Assembly: GCA_964016885.1 (NCBI GenBank)
Contig: OZ024742.1
Span: 318,370,001-318,434,000, forward strand
Length of the DNA: 64,000 nt
DNA from: Eledone cirrhosa
Lineage: Eukaryota
Direction of reading: 5' to 3'
The notes beneath the pieces are model-generated. The model saw only the letters and a list, made by a program, of their open reading frames with translations, had not been told where the DNA came from and searched no databases. Shown here piece after piece: positions 50,076 to 64,000 of the stretch; positions within the stretch are counted from its first letter, which is position 1; every line of letters begins with the position of its first letter. Both the position numbers and the translations under genes were made by a program.

Positions 50076-51922
50076 ACATATACACACACACACACATATC
50101 TCAGTTCCATGGTTAACCCTCAGTCAATTGAGTCATCTATCTCTGTGTGATCATATATGACTGGTTAAACCAGTATTAGATTAACAATGTGTTGTATACA
50201 TTTTCTTCAATAATATGAATCATATATAGATAAATGAAATATACTTTTTTATTATTATTATTTGTGCTCTTTTCGTTTCTTTATTTTTTTCTACTGTTTT
50301 GTTTTTATGTTTTTATTTTATAGTTAATCATGCATGTATAAAGAAATTATTGATTTCATGAATTATTTTAATTGTTCTTAGATATCTGTAGCTTTTATGT
50401 GAAATCTTGGAATTTATGTAGGAAGTTGTTCAGGATAACTAAGATTAACTATTGTCAAATTATAGATTTATATACAACTAGATGTTTCTTTCTCTAAGTT
50501 GCATGTACTAGGGTTTGTAAACCAGTAGCTTTCAGGGTACATTACTGCTGATACAGTTTATGATGGATGTGCAATAAGTACAGAAGATCATCCTATCCTG
50601 TCCTATCCTCCTGCCCTCTGATAGTCAAGGGTGAGGAAGGGTGGATCATACCTAGCTACATTACTATCATTTACAGCACTAACATGCTATTAGTCCTGCT
50701 ATGTATATATGTTCATATATTTCGAGTTAGCTCGTGTTTTGAAGAGTGAATTACATCTAGGCAAGCTCTTTAATCAGCACGACACAGTGTGTGACAAAGC
50801 CAGACCTTTAATTATGGGCACAGTCAATTTGACAGGCTTCTAAACAGTTTCCATCTACCTAATTTTATTTACAAGGCTTGGGTTGATCTGATGCATTGAT
50901 AAAAGACTCTTGCCCAAGATACCATGCCGTAGGATTGAACCTGCACCTCCTAATTACAAAGCAACTGTCTTAACCCATTCAACCCGGCTGCATCCATTTG
51001 ATATTTATAGATGGAATACTGCTAGAATATTCTTATTGAGCCTTTTAATACCAAACCACCTCAAACCACTGATGGTTTTACAATACCAAACAGTTTAACT
51101 GATGTTTATATTTATCTAAAAACTTTTCATCATAATCTTCTTCTTCATCACCCACATGTTCCTGGGGGACAGAGTCCTTAAGCACTCCATCCAGTGTGTC
51201 CTGTCAGAAGCAACCATCTGCAATTGATCTGGCTGGATCCTTAAGCGAGACCAGTCAAGCTCATAAATGTTATCCAACCATCTTACCTGGGTCTACGCCT
51301 GGGTCTACCCACAGTTGATTTGGCCCATCAAATTTGTTCAGAGATTCTTTCATGTAAAAATGTTTGTTCCAAACAACTACTAAATCACTCCATTTCTTTT
51401 TTATTATATTCAAAATGATATAAAAATGCACACACATGCACATATGTGTGTGTGTATTAGTGCTTTTGTATGTATAATGTATGTATAGGTGTATATATGC
51501 ATGTATGTATAATTTGTGTATGTATATATGTGTATGCATGTATTTGTGTATGTTTTTGTTTTCTTTTTGTGGAGCGAGAGACTCCTAGTCTTCATTAAGA
51601 CATCTCTAGGAGAAGGTCACTCTGATATAAAACCTGCGACTTCGTTTGCATCCAATGATGGAGACCAGTTCTTCTTTTTGGGTAAATACATTTGATGTTA
51701 AGAGAGTGGGATTGGCCTCGTGCAAAGCCTTTCCTCACTTAAAAAATCTTCAAGCACTGGCATCGCTTGATATGTGACATTTTTTGTGATGCATAGCATT
51801 GCTGGCCATAGGCAAGTCCCTATCAGGACTAAAAAGTCACGTCACTGATGCTCATGCTTAAGTATCTAGTGATCGTATTACTCGAAATCAAGTTGCAGCC
51901 ATCATGTATATGTATGTGTGTA

Positions 51923-53142
51923 TGAGGTTTGTCCCAAAAGTAAGGGTAACACAGCACCTCATTGATGTATCTAGGCATGTTAATTATTGCCTTGGCTGCA
52001 CGTACATACTTGTGTCAATATGATCGATTGAGTCAGTCGTGAGTTATTGTTGTTTATGGACAAACGTGTTTATAACCTCTGTTAGGTTTGTGATGCAGGA
52101 AAATATTGAACAACTGTACGCGATAAAATTTTGTGTGAAACTCAACTAGTCTGCCACCGAAACATTTAATTCTTTAACACAAGCTGATGGAGATGCCACT
52201 CTATCGAGAAGTATTTAAGTGGTACAAAGCTTTCGAAGAGAGTTGAGAAAATGTTGAAGATGAACCTCATTCTGGAAAGCCAATCTCGTCAACAAATGAA
52301 CAAAATGTGGAAGTGGTGGAAGAAGTGAAAGCGGTGATGGTGAAAGATCACCGATTAAGTATTAGGATGATTACAGAAAAAACGGGCTTGAATAAAGATG
52401 CAGTTCACACAATTTTAATAGACCACACTCACATGTGAAAAATGTGTGCAAAACTGTGAACCAGTTCGAAATTTGTCAGGATTTTCTACAAAGACTCGAA
52501 ATGGAGCCAAATTTCTTTGATAAAGTTATAGCAGGAGATGGATTATGGGTGTTGGAGTATGATCCAGAGACAAAATAGCAGTGAGAAGTGGTACACGAAA
52601 AATTCTCATCAGAATATGAGCAGATTCAGGGTGAAAATGATGATTATCATTTTTTTTTTTTTTTTTGACAGCCGTGGTATTGTTCAAAGATGTTTTGGAA
52701 TGACTTAAAAAATAAGTCCGAGTCCAAAAGGACCAAATCTCCTGTAGAGTCCAAAAGGACATTAGAGGAGATTGGGTACTGCAGTACGATAATGCACCTA
52801 CTCACACAACACTTTCAATTAGAGAATTTCTGGCAAAGAGAAACATTGCAATTCTTCCTCATCCTTCCTTCAGCCCAGACCTAGTGTTGTGTGATTTCTA
52901 CCTCTTCCCTAAGTTGTAATTTAAGTTGAAGGGTCGTCATTTTGGGACTGTAGAAAACATACAAATAGTTGTAACCAATGAGCTAAAGACATTCACAGTA
53001 AATGACTTCTAGTACTGCTACAATCAATGGTAAAATGTGATTTCCCAAGGATATTATTTTAAAGAGATAACTTGTAATTTCATGTACGTTTAATATGCAT
53101 TTAAATAAAACATCAGTATCCTTACTTTTGGGACAAACCTCT
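51923..53142 (+). mobile_element. Near full-length degenerate mariner transposon
   Basis: TIRs gaggtttgtcccaaaagtaagg / ccttacttttgggacaaacctc. Transposase remnants (IKFCVKL, EDEPHSG, YDPET, DNAP.H, HP..SPDL..CDFYLFPK) carry stops and frameshifts. Confidence 0.9.
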
Positions 53143-53583
53143 GTGTATGTATGTGTGTGAATCTATGTTTGTATGTATGTATGTATGTATGTGTGTATGT
53201 ATGTGTGTATATATGTATGTGTGTATATATGTATGTATGTGTGTGTATAAGTATGTATATTTATATATGTATGTGTGTATATATATATGCATGTGTGTAT
53301 ATATATATGCATGTGTGTGTATATATATATATATACACACACATATATATACACATACACACACGCACACACATGAAAGCTCCAGAAATTGAAATTAGCT
53401 CCCGGACATTGCCTCCGTTTATACTTTATAAATTAGATTTTATTTATTATTTGATAGGAAATTAAATATAGTTTATCCCAGGTCAGCTATTATTTATCTA
53501 TTAGAGATATAGAAGAGAGCTGTTGACAAGGGCTGAATGGGGACTTCTTTGTAATATCAGGTGCTACATCTTAAGACAACCAG

Positions 53584-54590
53584 CAGCTGTGTGTCCTTAT
53601 ATTTGTAGGTGTGGGCAGCTGTGTCTCCTTATATTTGTAGTGTGGGCAGCTGTGTCTCCTTATATTTGTAGTGTGGGCAGCTGTGTCTCCTTATATTTGT
53701 AGTGTGGGCAGCTGTGTCTCCTTATATTTGTAGTGTGGGCAGCTGTGTGTCCTTATATTTGTAGTGTGGGTATCTCTGTGTCTTTATATTTGTAGTGTGG
53801 GCGGCTGTGTCTCCTTATATTTGTAGTGTGGGCAGCTGTGTGTCCTTATATTTGTAGTGTGGGTATCTCTGTGTCTTTATATTTGTAGGTGTGGGTATCT
53901 CTGTGTCTTTATATTTGTAGGTGTGGGTATCTCTGTGTCTTTATATTTGTAGGTGTGGGCAGCTCTGTGTGTCTGTGGGTGTTTATGTGTACTATCTCTG
54001 TGTGTACGTGTGTGTGTTTGTGTACGTGTGTGTGTGTATATCTGTGTGTGGGGTTGTATGTTTGTGGGTGGGTGTATCTCTGTGTCTGGGTAGTTGTTTA
54101 TGTGTACGTATGTGTGTGTATATATGTGTATATTTGTGGGTGGGTGTTTATCTATGTATATCTTTGATTGTGTGTATTTGTGTGTGTATCTCTGTGTATA
54201 TATGTGTGTGTCTGTAGGTGTGTTTATCTGTATGTGTGTGTGTGTGTGTGTATATATTTGTGGGTGGGTGTATCTACGTGTCTGGGGGTAGGTGTTTATG
54301 TATGTATATCTTTGTTTGTGTGTACGTGTGTATTTGTGCGTGTATATCTGTGTATGTATGTTTATATTTGTGTGTATTGGTAGGTGTTTGTGTGTGTGTG
54401 TATCTGTTGATGTGTGTATTTGTATATGTATTTATGTTAGGTGTGAATGTGTGTCTGTGTATCTGTTGCTTTGTATATTTGTGTTTATTTGTATGTGTAT
54501 CTGTATGGGTGGGTGTGTCTGTATATCTGTTGGTATGTGTATGAGTATCTGTGTGTGTGTTTATATATATATAATGTGTGTATGTGTATC
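53584..54590. repeat. About 31-bp minisatellite grading into degenerate (GT)-rich low-complexity DNA
   Basis: gtagtgtgggcagctgtgtctccttatattt repeated about 12 times to about 53965. Confidence 0.9.
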
Positions 54591-55249
54591 ATAGGGGGTG
54601 GAGGACTTCTATAGTATACCTGTCACTTTGAAATACTATAGCTGTGGCCATTAATCCTGTATTCCTCTCCCAAACACCACTCACTCACCCATGTGTTTGG
54701 TTTACATGTGGATCAGTCCAGCAACTACTGGGACCCCACTCTTACATTCTTAACATTACAGGATAGCTCCCTTTTCATACAGGGGGGACACTTGACTAAC
54801 TAGATGCCAGAGCAATTTCCTGCATTATTGTGTGACTGACTGTACCTGAGTCTTTATAGAAAGGGCATTAGTGGAAAATAGGTGGAGAAAGGTTGGAGTA
54901 TTGCTTTTCTTAGTGGGATTGAGGGTAAGGGGTCAGTTACTTATATATAACAATTATACCTTTATAAAAACCTTCTAGCGTATATGTATGTATGTAGTTA
55001 CATATATATGTATTGTAGATACATATATATGTACATATGTAGGCATGTATGTACATATGTATGCTCATATGTATGCAAGTATGTATATATGTATGTGTGC
55101 ATGTACCTATGTATGTATGTACATATGTATGTGTGCATGTACCTATGTATGTATGCATGTACCTATGTATGTATGTACATATGTATGTATGTACATATGT
55201 ATGTATGTACATATGTATGTATGTACATATGTATGTATGTACATATGTT

Positions 55250-55590
55250 TTCTCTTTCTCTTAATTTCGAGTATATTTTTTGACCGGCCACCTTCCTGGT
55301 GGCAAGGTTGTAAAAGAAAAGAAATTGTCATCCCTTGAATCGCAAGAATGTTTTGCATATTTTGAAGGTGCCAGCTATCGCAGCCATTTGTAGACTATGA
55401 ATTAGGGAGCTGCGCTTTTTGTCCGCAAATCCAAGTTCGGTCATACTTTGGTCCAAGCGGGTTGGTATATAACCCGTAGCACCAATAATGATGGGTATGA
55501 AGCTAAAGGTGTATCTTGGATACTGGATTTGTAAGCTCCTCATCAATGGTCCGTAGATGTCCTCCTTCTCCTGTATTTTTCTGACAACGC
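55250..55590 (-). mobile_element. R4/Dong-like (RLE-type) non-LTR retrotransposon 3' fragment inside an (ACAT)n-type tract
   Basis: KIQEKEDIYGPL....IPIIIGATGYIP...LQMAAIAGTFKICKTFL resembles the RLE C-terminus. It is flanked on both sides by tatg repeats. Confidence 0.65.
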
Positions 55591-55853
55591 ATATGTATGT
55601 ATGTATGTACATATGTATGTATGTACATATGTATGTATGCATGTACCTATGTATGTATGCATGTACCTATGTATGTATGTACATATGTATGTATGCATGT
55701 ACCTATGTATGTATGTACATATGTATGTATGCATGTACCTATGTATGTATGTACATATGTATGTATGCATGTACCTATGTATGTATGTACATATTTATGT
55801 ATGTACATATGTATGTATGTATGTACCTATGTATGTATGTACATATGTATGTA

Positions 55854-57096
55854 TCATCATCATCATCAACGTTTAACGTCCATGTTCCACGCTTGCATGG
55901 GTTTGGACGGGGGTCTTCCCACTTGAGGCAAGAGTGATTGTCTTGCTCGCATAGGACTGTCTGGCAGGTTTTCTACAGTTGGATGCCCTTCCTAACACCA
56001 ACCACATTTACAGTGTGGGGCTGGGAGGTTTTTACCGTGTTACCTACACGGCCACATTACAGCGTGGACTGTGTGTTTTTTTGTCGTGACACCTACACGA
56101 TCTCATTTGTTTCGGCCTGGATGTTGTGGCACCAACATAACTTTACATAGGAGGGGGTGGTGTGGATGGGGGTGTGGGTGGTGGGACGGGGGTGTATTTT
56201 GTTAGAGATGCCTACTGGCTGTAGTAGGTTTTACTATGTATTTAGGTAAGGCTGGTCTTCTCTGTTACTGAGTACCGCCAAAGGTCTCGGTCCAGTGACA
56301 TTGTCTTGGAGAGGTGTAAGTGTGTGAGGTCGGAGTTTATCAGCTCGTCCCAGGTTTTTCTAGGTCTGCCTATTCCGTGGCTACCGTCTATCTTTATTGC
56401 CCTGCACTTTGTTATACAGCTATCGACTTTCATGCGCATCACGTGTCCGTACCAACGTAGCCTTCTCTCGAGTAAACAGCATCTGATCCCTCTTATTTCT
56501 AATTTTTTCCTTAGTTCGTTTATGCTTTGCCGTTCACGTATATTACTATTACACATCCAGCGGAGCATGCAAGCTTCGTTCCTCTCTAGTCTGCGTATAT
56601 CCTCTGCGCACAATGCCCAGGTCTCACTGCCATGCAACATTGCTGTTCGTTTTGCAGGCATCATACAACCTGCCTTTCATTTTTAGGGAGAACCCTTTAG
56701 CGGCTAATAGTGGTATAAGCTCTCTGAACTTTTTCCATCCAGTTCTGACTCTAGCTACTGTACTTTCGGAGCACCCTCCCCCACTGCTGATTTTGTCACC
56801 CAGGTAACGGAAGCTGTCCACTATTTCTATAGAGCCCTCTGTGCAGTTGAAAGAGCTAGTATTTTTTGGGCACTTGCTGCTACTTATTGCACCAGAGCAC
56901 CGCCCACATGTAAAATCTAAGTTCTTAGTTAGCTTACCTGTGATCCCACTACATCTTTTATGCACCCATACTTTGCATTTGGGACATAAAATGGAGTTTC
57001 TACCTACGCCTTTCCTACACACTGAGCATGGCCATTTCCCGGAAGGGACCGCCGCCTTATTTTCTTTCCTACAAACTAGAACTTTAGTCTTAGCCA
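55854..57096 (-). mobile_element. 5'-truncated RTE LINE, same family as 45423-46781
   Basis: GKWPCSVCRKGVGRNSILCPKC, FRYLGD, MLHGSETW and RRLRWYGH, with one frameshift near 56650. Confidence 0.92.
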
Positions 57097-57941
57097 TGTA
57101 TGTATGTACATATGTATGTATGTATGTACATATGTATGTGTGCATGTACCTATCTATGTATGTACCTATGTATGCATGTACCTATGTATGTATGCATGTA
57201 CCTATGTATGTATGCATGTACCTATGTATGTATGCATGTACCTATGCATGTATGCATGTACCTATGTATGTGTGCATGTACCTATGTATGTATGTACACA
57301 TGTATGTGTGCATGTACCTATGTATGTATGTACACATGTATGTGTGCATGAACGTATGTATGTATGTACATATGTATGTACACATGTATGTATGTTTATA
57401 CAAACATATGTATTTATATATACATATACCTATGGATGTATGTGTATATATGTTAAGTTCATATATATATATATGATGTGTGTCTATGTATTTGAATGTG
57501 TATTCGTTTTCATGATAGAATGAATCATCAGCTTCAAGCAAATAGCTTAACTCTACTACATGTCATAAGTATATTTTCTCTTTGTTGTACATATATCATC
57601 ATCATCATCACTGTTTAAGGGCTATTTTCCTTGCATGCATGGGTTGGATCGGCTGTCATATTATGAGGCTAGACAAGTCAGGTTACCATGTCATCTTGCT
57701 CATATAATTCGTTTCTTTGGGTTGGTTTCGTATAGCTGGATGCCCTTACCACCTTACAGCTTGGGTTATCTATCTATCTTTCTATCTATATTTATAATAT
57801 AATATGAGAGTAAATATATTCATTTACTAGGTGTCTTTTAGCTCAATGCAATTGTCAGTTAATAAATGTCTTAAATTCTTTGGTTTGTAAACAAACTGTA
57901 ACTATATATATATATATAATGTGTGTGTGTGTGTATATATG

Positions 57942-57984
<43 letters not shown>

Positions 57985-58415
57985 TCTGTATACTAAATAA
58001 AAAAGTAAAAAATGAGTTGAAAATCTTTGGTCATGGGAGATTGTCTAAGTAATTAGTATAATATAGTAATTAGTATATGTATATATTTGTATGTGTGTGT
58101 GTTTCTGTATGTGTAGAATCATTATCACCATTTCACATCTGTTTTCCCTGCTTGCATAATTTAGATGGGTTGCCAGTCACATTTTGAGGCTAAACCCATC
58201 AAATGACCATATGGCCTCATGACCACATCTAGCTCACACTTTTTTACTCTGGCATGATTTCTATGGTTGGATGACCTTCTTAAAGCAACCTTCTTCACAG
58301 CATGTACTGGGTGTGTTTCATTGTGGCATCAGCATTATTATCACCTGACAGCATGAGGTGGGTGCATTTTATTGTGGCATCACTTTATAAAGTTGGCTTG
58401 GTGTATTTTATTTTG

Positions 58416-59278
<863 letters not shown>

Positions 59279-61959
59279 GAGCTTCTGTAGTTTCTGTCTA
59301 TCATAAAATTACACTCATGAGGCATTGGTCAACACAAATCTATGGTAAAAGACATTTTTCCCAAGTGGAATGAACCCAGAATCAAATGGCTGCAAATAAA
59401 TCTTTTTTAATACAACAGCCATGCCTGTATCATCTTAGACTTCTTTTTCTTTAGAGTTAGCCTTTCACATCCAATAGATCATGCTCATCTTGCTCCTGTC
59501 TAACTGTTGCTTTTCTAGATTCACTGTATGTCATTAATTGTGGACACAGTATAACTGAATGGTTAAGGAGTCATCTTTGCAATCATAAGAGTCTCTGGTT
59601 TGATCCCACAGCATGGTAGCTTGACAAAGTGTCTTTAACATAGCCTTGGGTTAACCCAAGTTATTCTGAATGCAATTTGAACCCAGAGAGGTGATATGCT
59701 GAAAAAAAAACAATCTAACCTTGCTTTAGTACTGAGGGCACTCAACTTTTATGATGAAAGAAACCAAGCATAATATAGTTCTAGACAGACACAGTGTCTA
59801 AGGAGGGAGGTTATGGTTGGGGATCATTAACTATAGGTATTTTTTATTGATAGGTGATGACATGGGGCTAAACAACAGCACCTTACAATGTTTTTATGAT
59901 GGAAGCCTGTCAGATGGATGGTACTTATAATTACAAAGTGCAGTCTTGTCATATATTGGGTCATGCTGATTAGCTTGTAAAGTACAATATATACTCGTGT
60001 CTTTGGCACACTCAGCCTTTAAACTGGCCATATCCGGCCAGAATTCTCTCACTTCTTTCTGTTCAAACTGGCTGTAACTCATACTTATGTTAAGGTATTG
60101 TTCTAAAAATAAATATCAAAATCTCGTAGATTCGATATTCTGTGAGATAATTATGTAAAATAAAGTGTTTACTGTGAAAATACAATAATAAATATAGAGT
60201 AAATGTAAATGCTAAAGGGTTAAAGAGCTGAATGTAAGTAACCTTGATGATTTATTTTTACAATAGATAGGTTCGTTATTATTTTTCTTTCATTTTTTTT
60301 ATTGTTTGTTAAAATTTTTATTTGTGTCGATTTTAGTTTTCATCCCTCCAGGGTTAATAAAATCAACACCAATTGATTATACTTGTTCTGCAACAAACCT
60401 GTGGTTTTGTGCCAATGTAGGAAACCATTTATTTACCTAGTATATACAATATTTAGTTCCTGTCTTTTCTTCCCAAATATAACCACTTCCCTGATATTGC
60501 TGGACGTTTATGACTCACTATATAAAAATCTAAATTTATATTCACTTGTTTTAGAAATATACAATAAAAGCCTTTAAGCATTAAACATATCTATTCATAT
60601 GTTTGAAGTGTCTGCTTACTTATTCATGAGAATTTTATTACACAGACAATATAGCAACTATGTCATATAGCTGTTGCTGTGTTATTTAGCTTCAGGCCAG
60701 CTCTGACCGAGTACACCTATGATGAAAGATGTTCCAGCCATGACCAACCTCTCCTTCACATGCCATATGTATCCCATTTAGAATAGATACACCATATCCC
60801 TTCATGTCATAAGAGTCAACTAAAAGGGTGGTGCCAAGAAAGGCATCCAGCTGTCAAACATTACCTCATAAATGGCCCCATGATTAGTATAAAGCTTGTC
60901 AAGGGGCCTGCAAGGATAACCCCTACTTTAGCTGGAGAAATGGTTTTAAAAAAACTTGTATATAGGACTAGATACATGTATGAGAGACCACATACAAAAA
61001 AAAAGACCATCCAACTGATTGATATGAAGTCATTCACAAATACACTCCTAACCTCCAAACCCACAGGTATTCCCTCTCCTCACTTAGCTTTTTATACCAC
61101 TATAATTGTGATCTCTACTCATAGGAATTGTGCCACCTCCACTCATGCACTTCAGATTTATTTGTCTCTCTCTTTAGTCATTCTATATCCTACACTAACC
61201 ACCTTGCTCTCAGCCCTTCCTCAGAATGTGAGCTATCTGGAATTTCCTACCTCCCATAATTTCTCTGCAGTTGTTCGAGTAGAATATTAATTATATTGAT
61301 CTCACCTATCTCACTGAGCCTGCAAAAACTAGATTCACAGCTTGTTCCTCCAAAATAAAGTATTAACATTTTTTTTAAGCATTCCCCAATAGCTTCTTTT
61401 GTTAAGACGGTAGGGTATAATTTAATGGAGATTTGGGTTAATATGCGGTTGTGATAAATGATGATACTTGTATAAGGTACTGCACAATGGGATTGAACCT
61501 AAAGCCCTTTGTTGATAAAGGAGCTACTTAACCACACAGCCATAAGATAATTAACCCTATGTCATCCCATAGCCTTTGTATTGTTTTTAATGCTTTTAAA
61601 ATAAAAATAGGAATAAGAGCCTTTTGAGAACCAGTGCCTAACTTGTGTTTCAAGACAGGAAGCAGATGGAAAATATTTCCTCCTGAATAGGATGGTAGTC
61701 TATTGGAGATAACCTCCCCAGGAGATCTTGTACCTATTTCTGACAACTTAGAATAAAGGCAGTGTACTTGGTTGCTCTATCTCCTTTAATATTGGTGGTG
61801 GATTTTAATGAATATTGTACTTATTTCTGACAACTTAGAATAAAGGCAGTGTACTTGGTTGCTCTCGCTCCTTCTTTAATATTTGATGATGAATATTCAG
61901 TTGTTCAGTCAACTGGATTCCTACGTGTAAAATTGGTATGTAAGTCATTGAGTAGTTCA

Positions 61960-62335
61960 GACACATTGAGTACTCCACAGGCACACTGAGTACTCCATAG
62001 TCACATGAGTACTACACAGGAACATTGAGTACTACACAGACACATTGTATACTCCATAGTCACATTGAATACTCCATAATCACATCAGTACTACACAGGC
62101 ACACTGAGTACTCCATAGTCACATGAGTACTACACAGACACATTGAGTACTTCACAGACACATTGAATACTCCACAGGCACACTGAGTACTCCAGTCACA
62201 TTGAGTACTCCAGTCACATTGAGTACTCCACAGTCACATTGAGTACTCCATAGTCACATTGAGTACTCAACAGACACACTGAGTACTTCACCAATATATT
62301 GAGTACTGCAGAGACACATGAGTACTCCAGACATA
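61960..62335. repeat. About 20-bp minisatellite derived from a Nin-type SINE segment
   Basis: gagtactcca[c/t]ag[a/t]cacatt repeats. The array continues into gacatatgtacctttaa..., the SINE continuation. Confidence 0.75.
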
Positions 62336-63682
62336 TGTACCTTTAATATAATTTTTCAGGCCAAATCAGCATATCACTGCGATAAGGTTAGCCCGTTCTT
62401 TCAATTATAAGTACAATTTCGAAAGACAGGGAGAAATAGATAAGAATCAACTCCAGGACTTGATTGGTCCCCAAAACATGAAATGCTAAGTTAACCTCAG
62501 TGGGATTTGAACTCAGTGTGGAGAGAGCTGGAACAAATATTGCATGAGCTATCTGACACTATAACAACTCTACTAATTCTTCACTTTTTTAATATTAGGG
62601 GGATGACAAAGTTGCCACAAAAGGCCAAACTCATATTTTTAAACTATGAAATTCCTCTGGAGTTGACTTCATCTTTTATCATTTCAGTACTAATAAAATA
62701 AGTACCTGTAATATTCTGGACACCAGTCAAACGTCAATATTGATTTAACTCTTAACATCCTGTAATGATTTAGCAGAAAATGTTAAAAAAATCAAAACAA
62801 GTTTGTGAATTAAAATGTTTATAGTATCTTTACTAATAGACAGAAAACTCCTCTGGAAAATTACATAAAGAGTAAATACTTTAATCTTTAATGTCTTACA
62901 GTCATAGTACTGTTATATGCTTTTCAAAACTGTGTTACTGATGTGATTTCTTGTACTACATTTAACAAAAAAAATTCTGATAAGGGTTAAAATCATAAAA
63001 ACTTTGTAAGGTGCTGTCATCATCACTGATCAAAAGAAAATACCTTTAGTTAACGATGCCCAGCCATGACCATCCCCCCTTTTCCTTAGACATTGTGTTT
63101 GTCTAGAACTATATTATGCTTGGTTTCTTTCATTTCTTTCTTTCACCATAAAAGTTGTGATTTTAGGAAGATTTCCTTGCTATTTCTAGCAGTTTGAATG
63201 ACCCTCAGTAGTAAAGTAAGATTAGATGGGGGGGGGGGGGTTGTTCTTTTTCTGTTTTTTTTTTCAGTATCGCCTTTCTAGAGTCAAATTACATTCAGAA
63301 TAACTTTTACTTTTATTTCATTTTCTGTTTCTTTTGTGGAAAGAGGGCGTTATGGATGTTTCAATAAATTTATGGCCAATTAACTCCCAAAATACTTGAG
63401 GTATTTAGGTACATCCCTTTGATTTCTAAGTTCAAATCCCACCCAAGTTTACTTTTCACCAATAAAATATATACTGCTGCCAATATAATCAACTATACCC
63501 TAGAATGCAGTGCTCCAGCATGGCCACACACCAGTGATGAAAGCAGTAAAAGAATGGAAGACTACTGCAATGGATATAAACATTCTGAAAGAAATATTAA
63601 CCCTTTTGTTACTATAGGGTTCAAATCATTTTGTAAATAATCAAGAATTTGGAGAGATTTAGTAATATAATTAACATTCTCA

Positions 63683-63881
63683 TTTAATCCATTAACATTT
63701 AAACCAGCCATGTCTGGCCAGAATTCTCTCATCTCTTTCTGTTTAAACCGGTCATAACTGGCTGCTCTTAATATCAAAATGTTGTAGATTCGATATTCTG
63801 TGAAATAATTATGTGAAATAAAGTTTTTACCGTGAAATTTCAGTAGTAAATATAAAGCAATGTAAATGCTAAAGGGTTTAA
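63683..63881. mobile_element. piggyBac-like MITE; other copies at about 60013-60223, 39430-39571(-) and end piece 141-164
   Basis: TTAA flanks and ..gtaaatgctaaaggg|ttaa terminus; shared internal ggccagaattctctca...tagattcgatattctgtg. Confidence 0.65.
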
Positions 63882-64000
63882 TCTGGTGTTTGAAACATAA
63901 ATTAACAAAGATTCTTACAAAAAATGATGATAGGTTTTTAGATAAATATGAACAGTTATATATCATAGAAACTGGAATGATTTCAAATGGTTTGGTATCA

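Overview
AT-rich, repeat-dense eukaryotic DNA. The SINE families (tRNA-derived OK/OR-type and Nin-domain-like) point to an octopod cephalopod; this is an inference. One host gene is clearly readable. It has six GT-AG exons on the + strand (4478-15229, 5' end outside the window) and encodes a Sushi/CCP-MAM-Ser/Thr-rich stalk-transmembrane protein with a class C scavenger receptor-like layout. Just downstream lies a duplicated, internally deleted copy of the last exon, which could give a soluble isoform. The remainder is transposon debris and tandem repeats: RTE, CRE and R4/Dong-like LINE fragments, two mariner elements, hAT/Tc1/piggyBac-type MITEs, SINEs, a 3.4-kb 70-bp satellite, minisatellites and very long (TA)n/(CA)n tracts. 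The most striking signal missed by the ORF track is a set of about a dozen type I hammerhead ribozyme (HHR) motifs, both intact and decayed. They sit in short modules bounded by (TA)n and cluster at 0.6-1.6 kb and 22.8-26.3 kb, next to a GIY-YIG endonuclease fragment and inverted repeats. This fits Penelope-like elements (PLEs) or retrozyme-like non-autonomous elements. All structures were read by eye; no folding or database search was run, and repeat boundaries are approximate.
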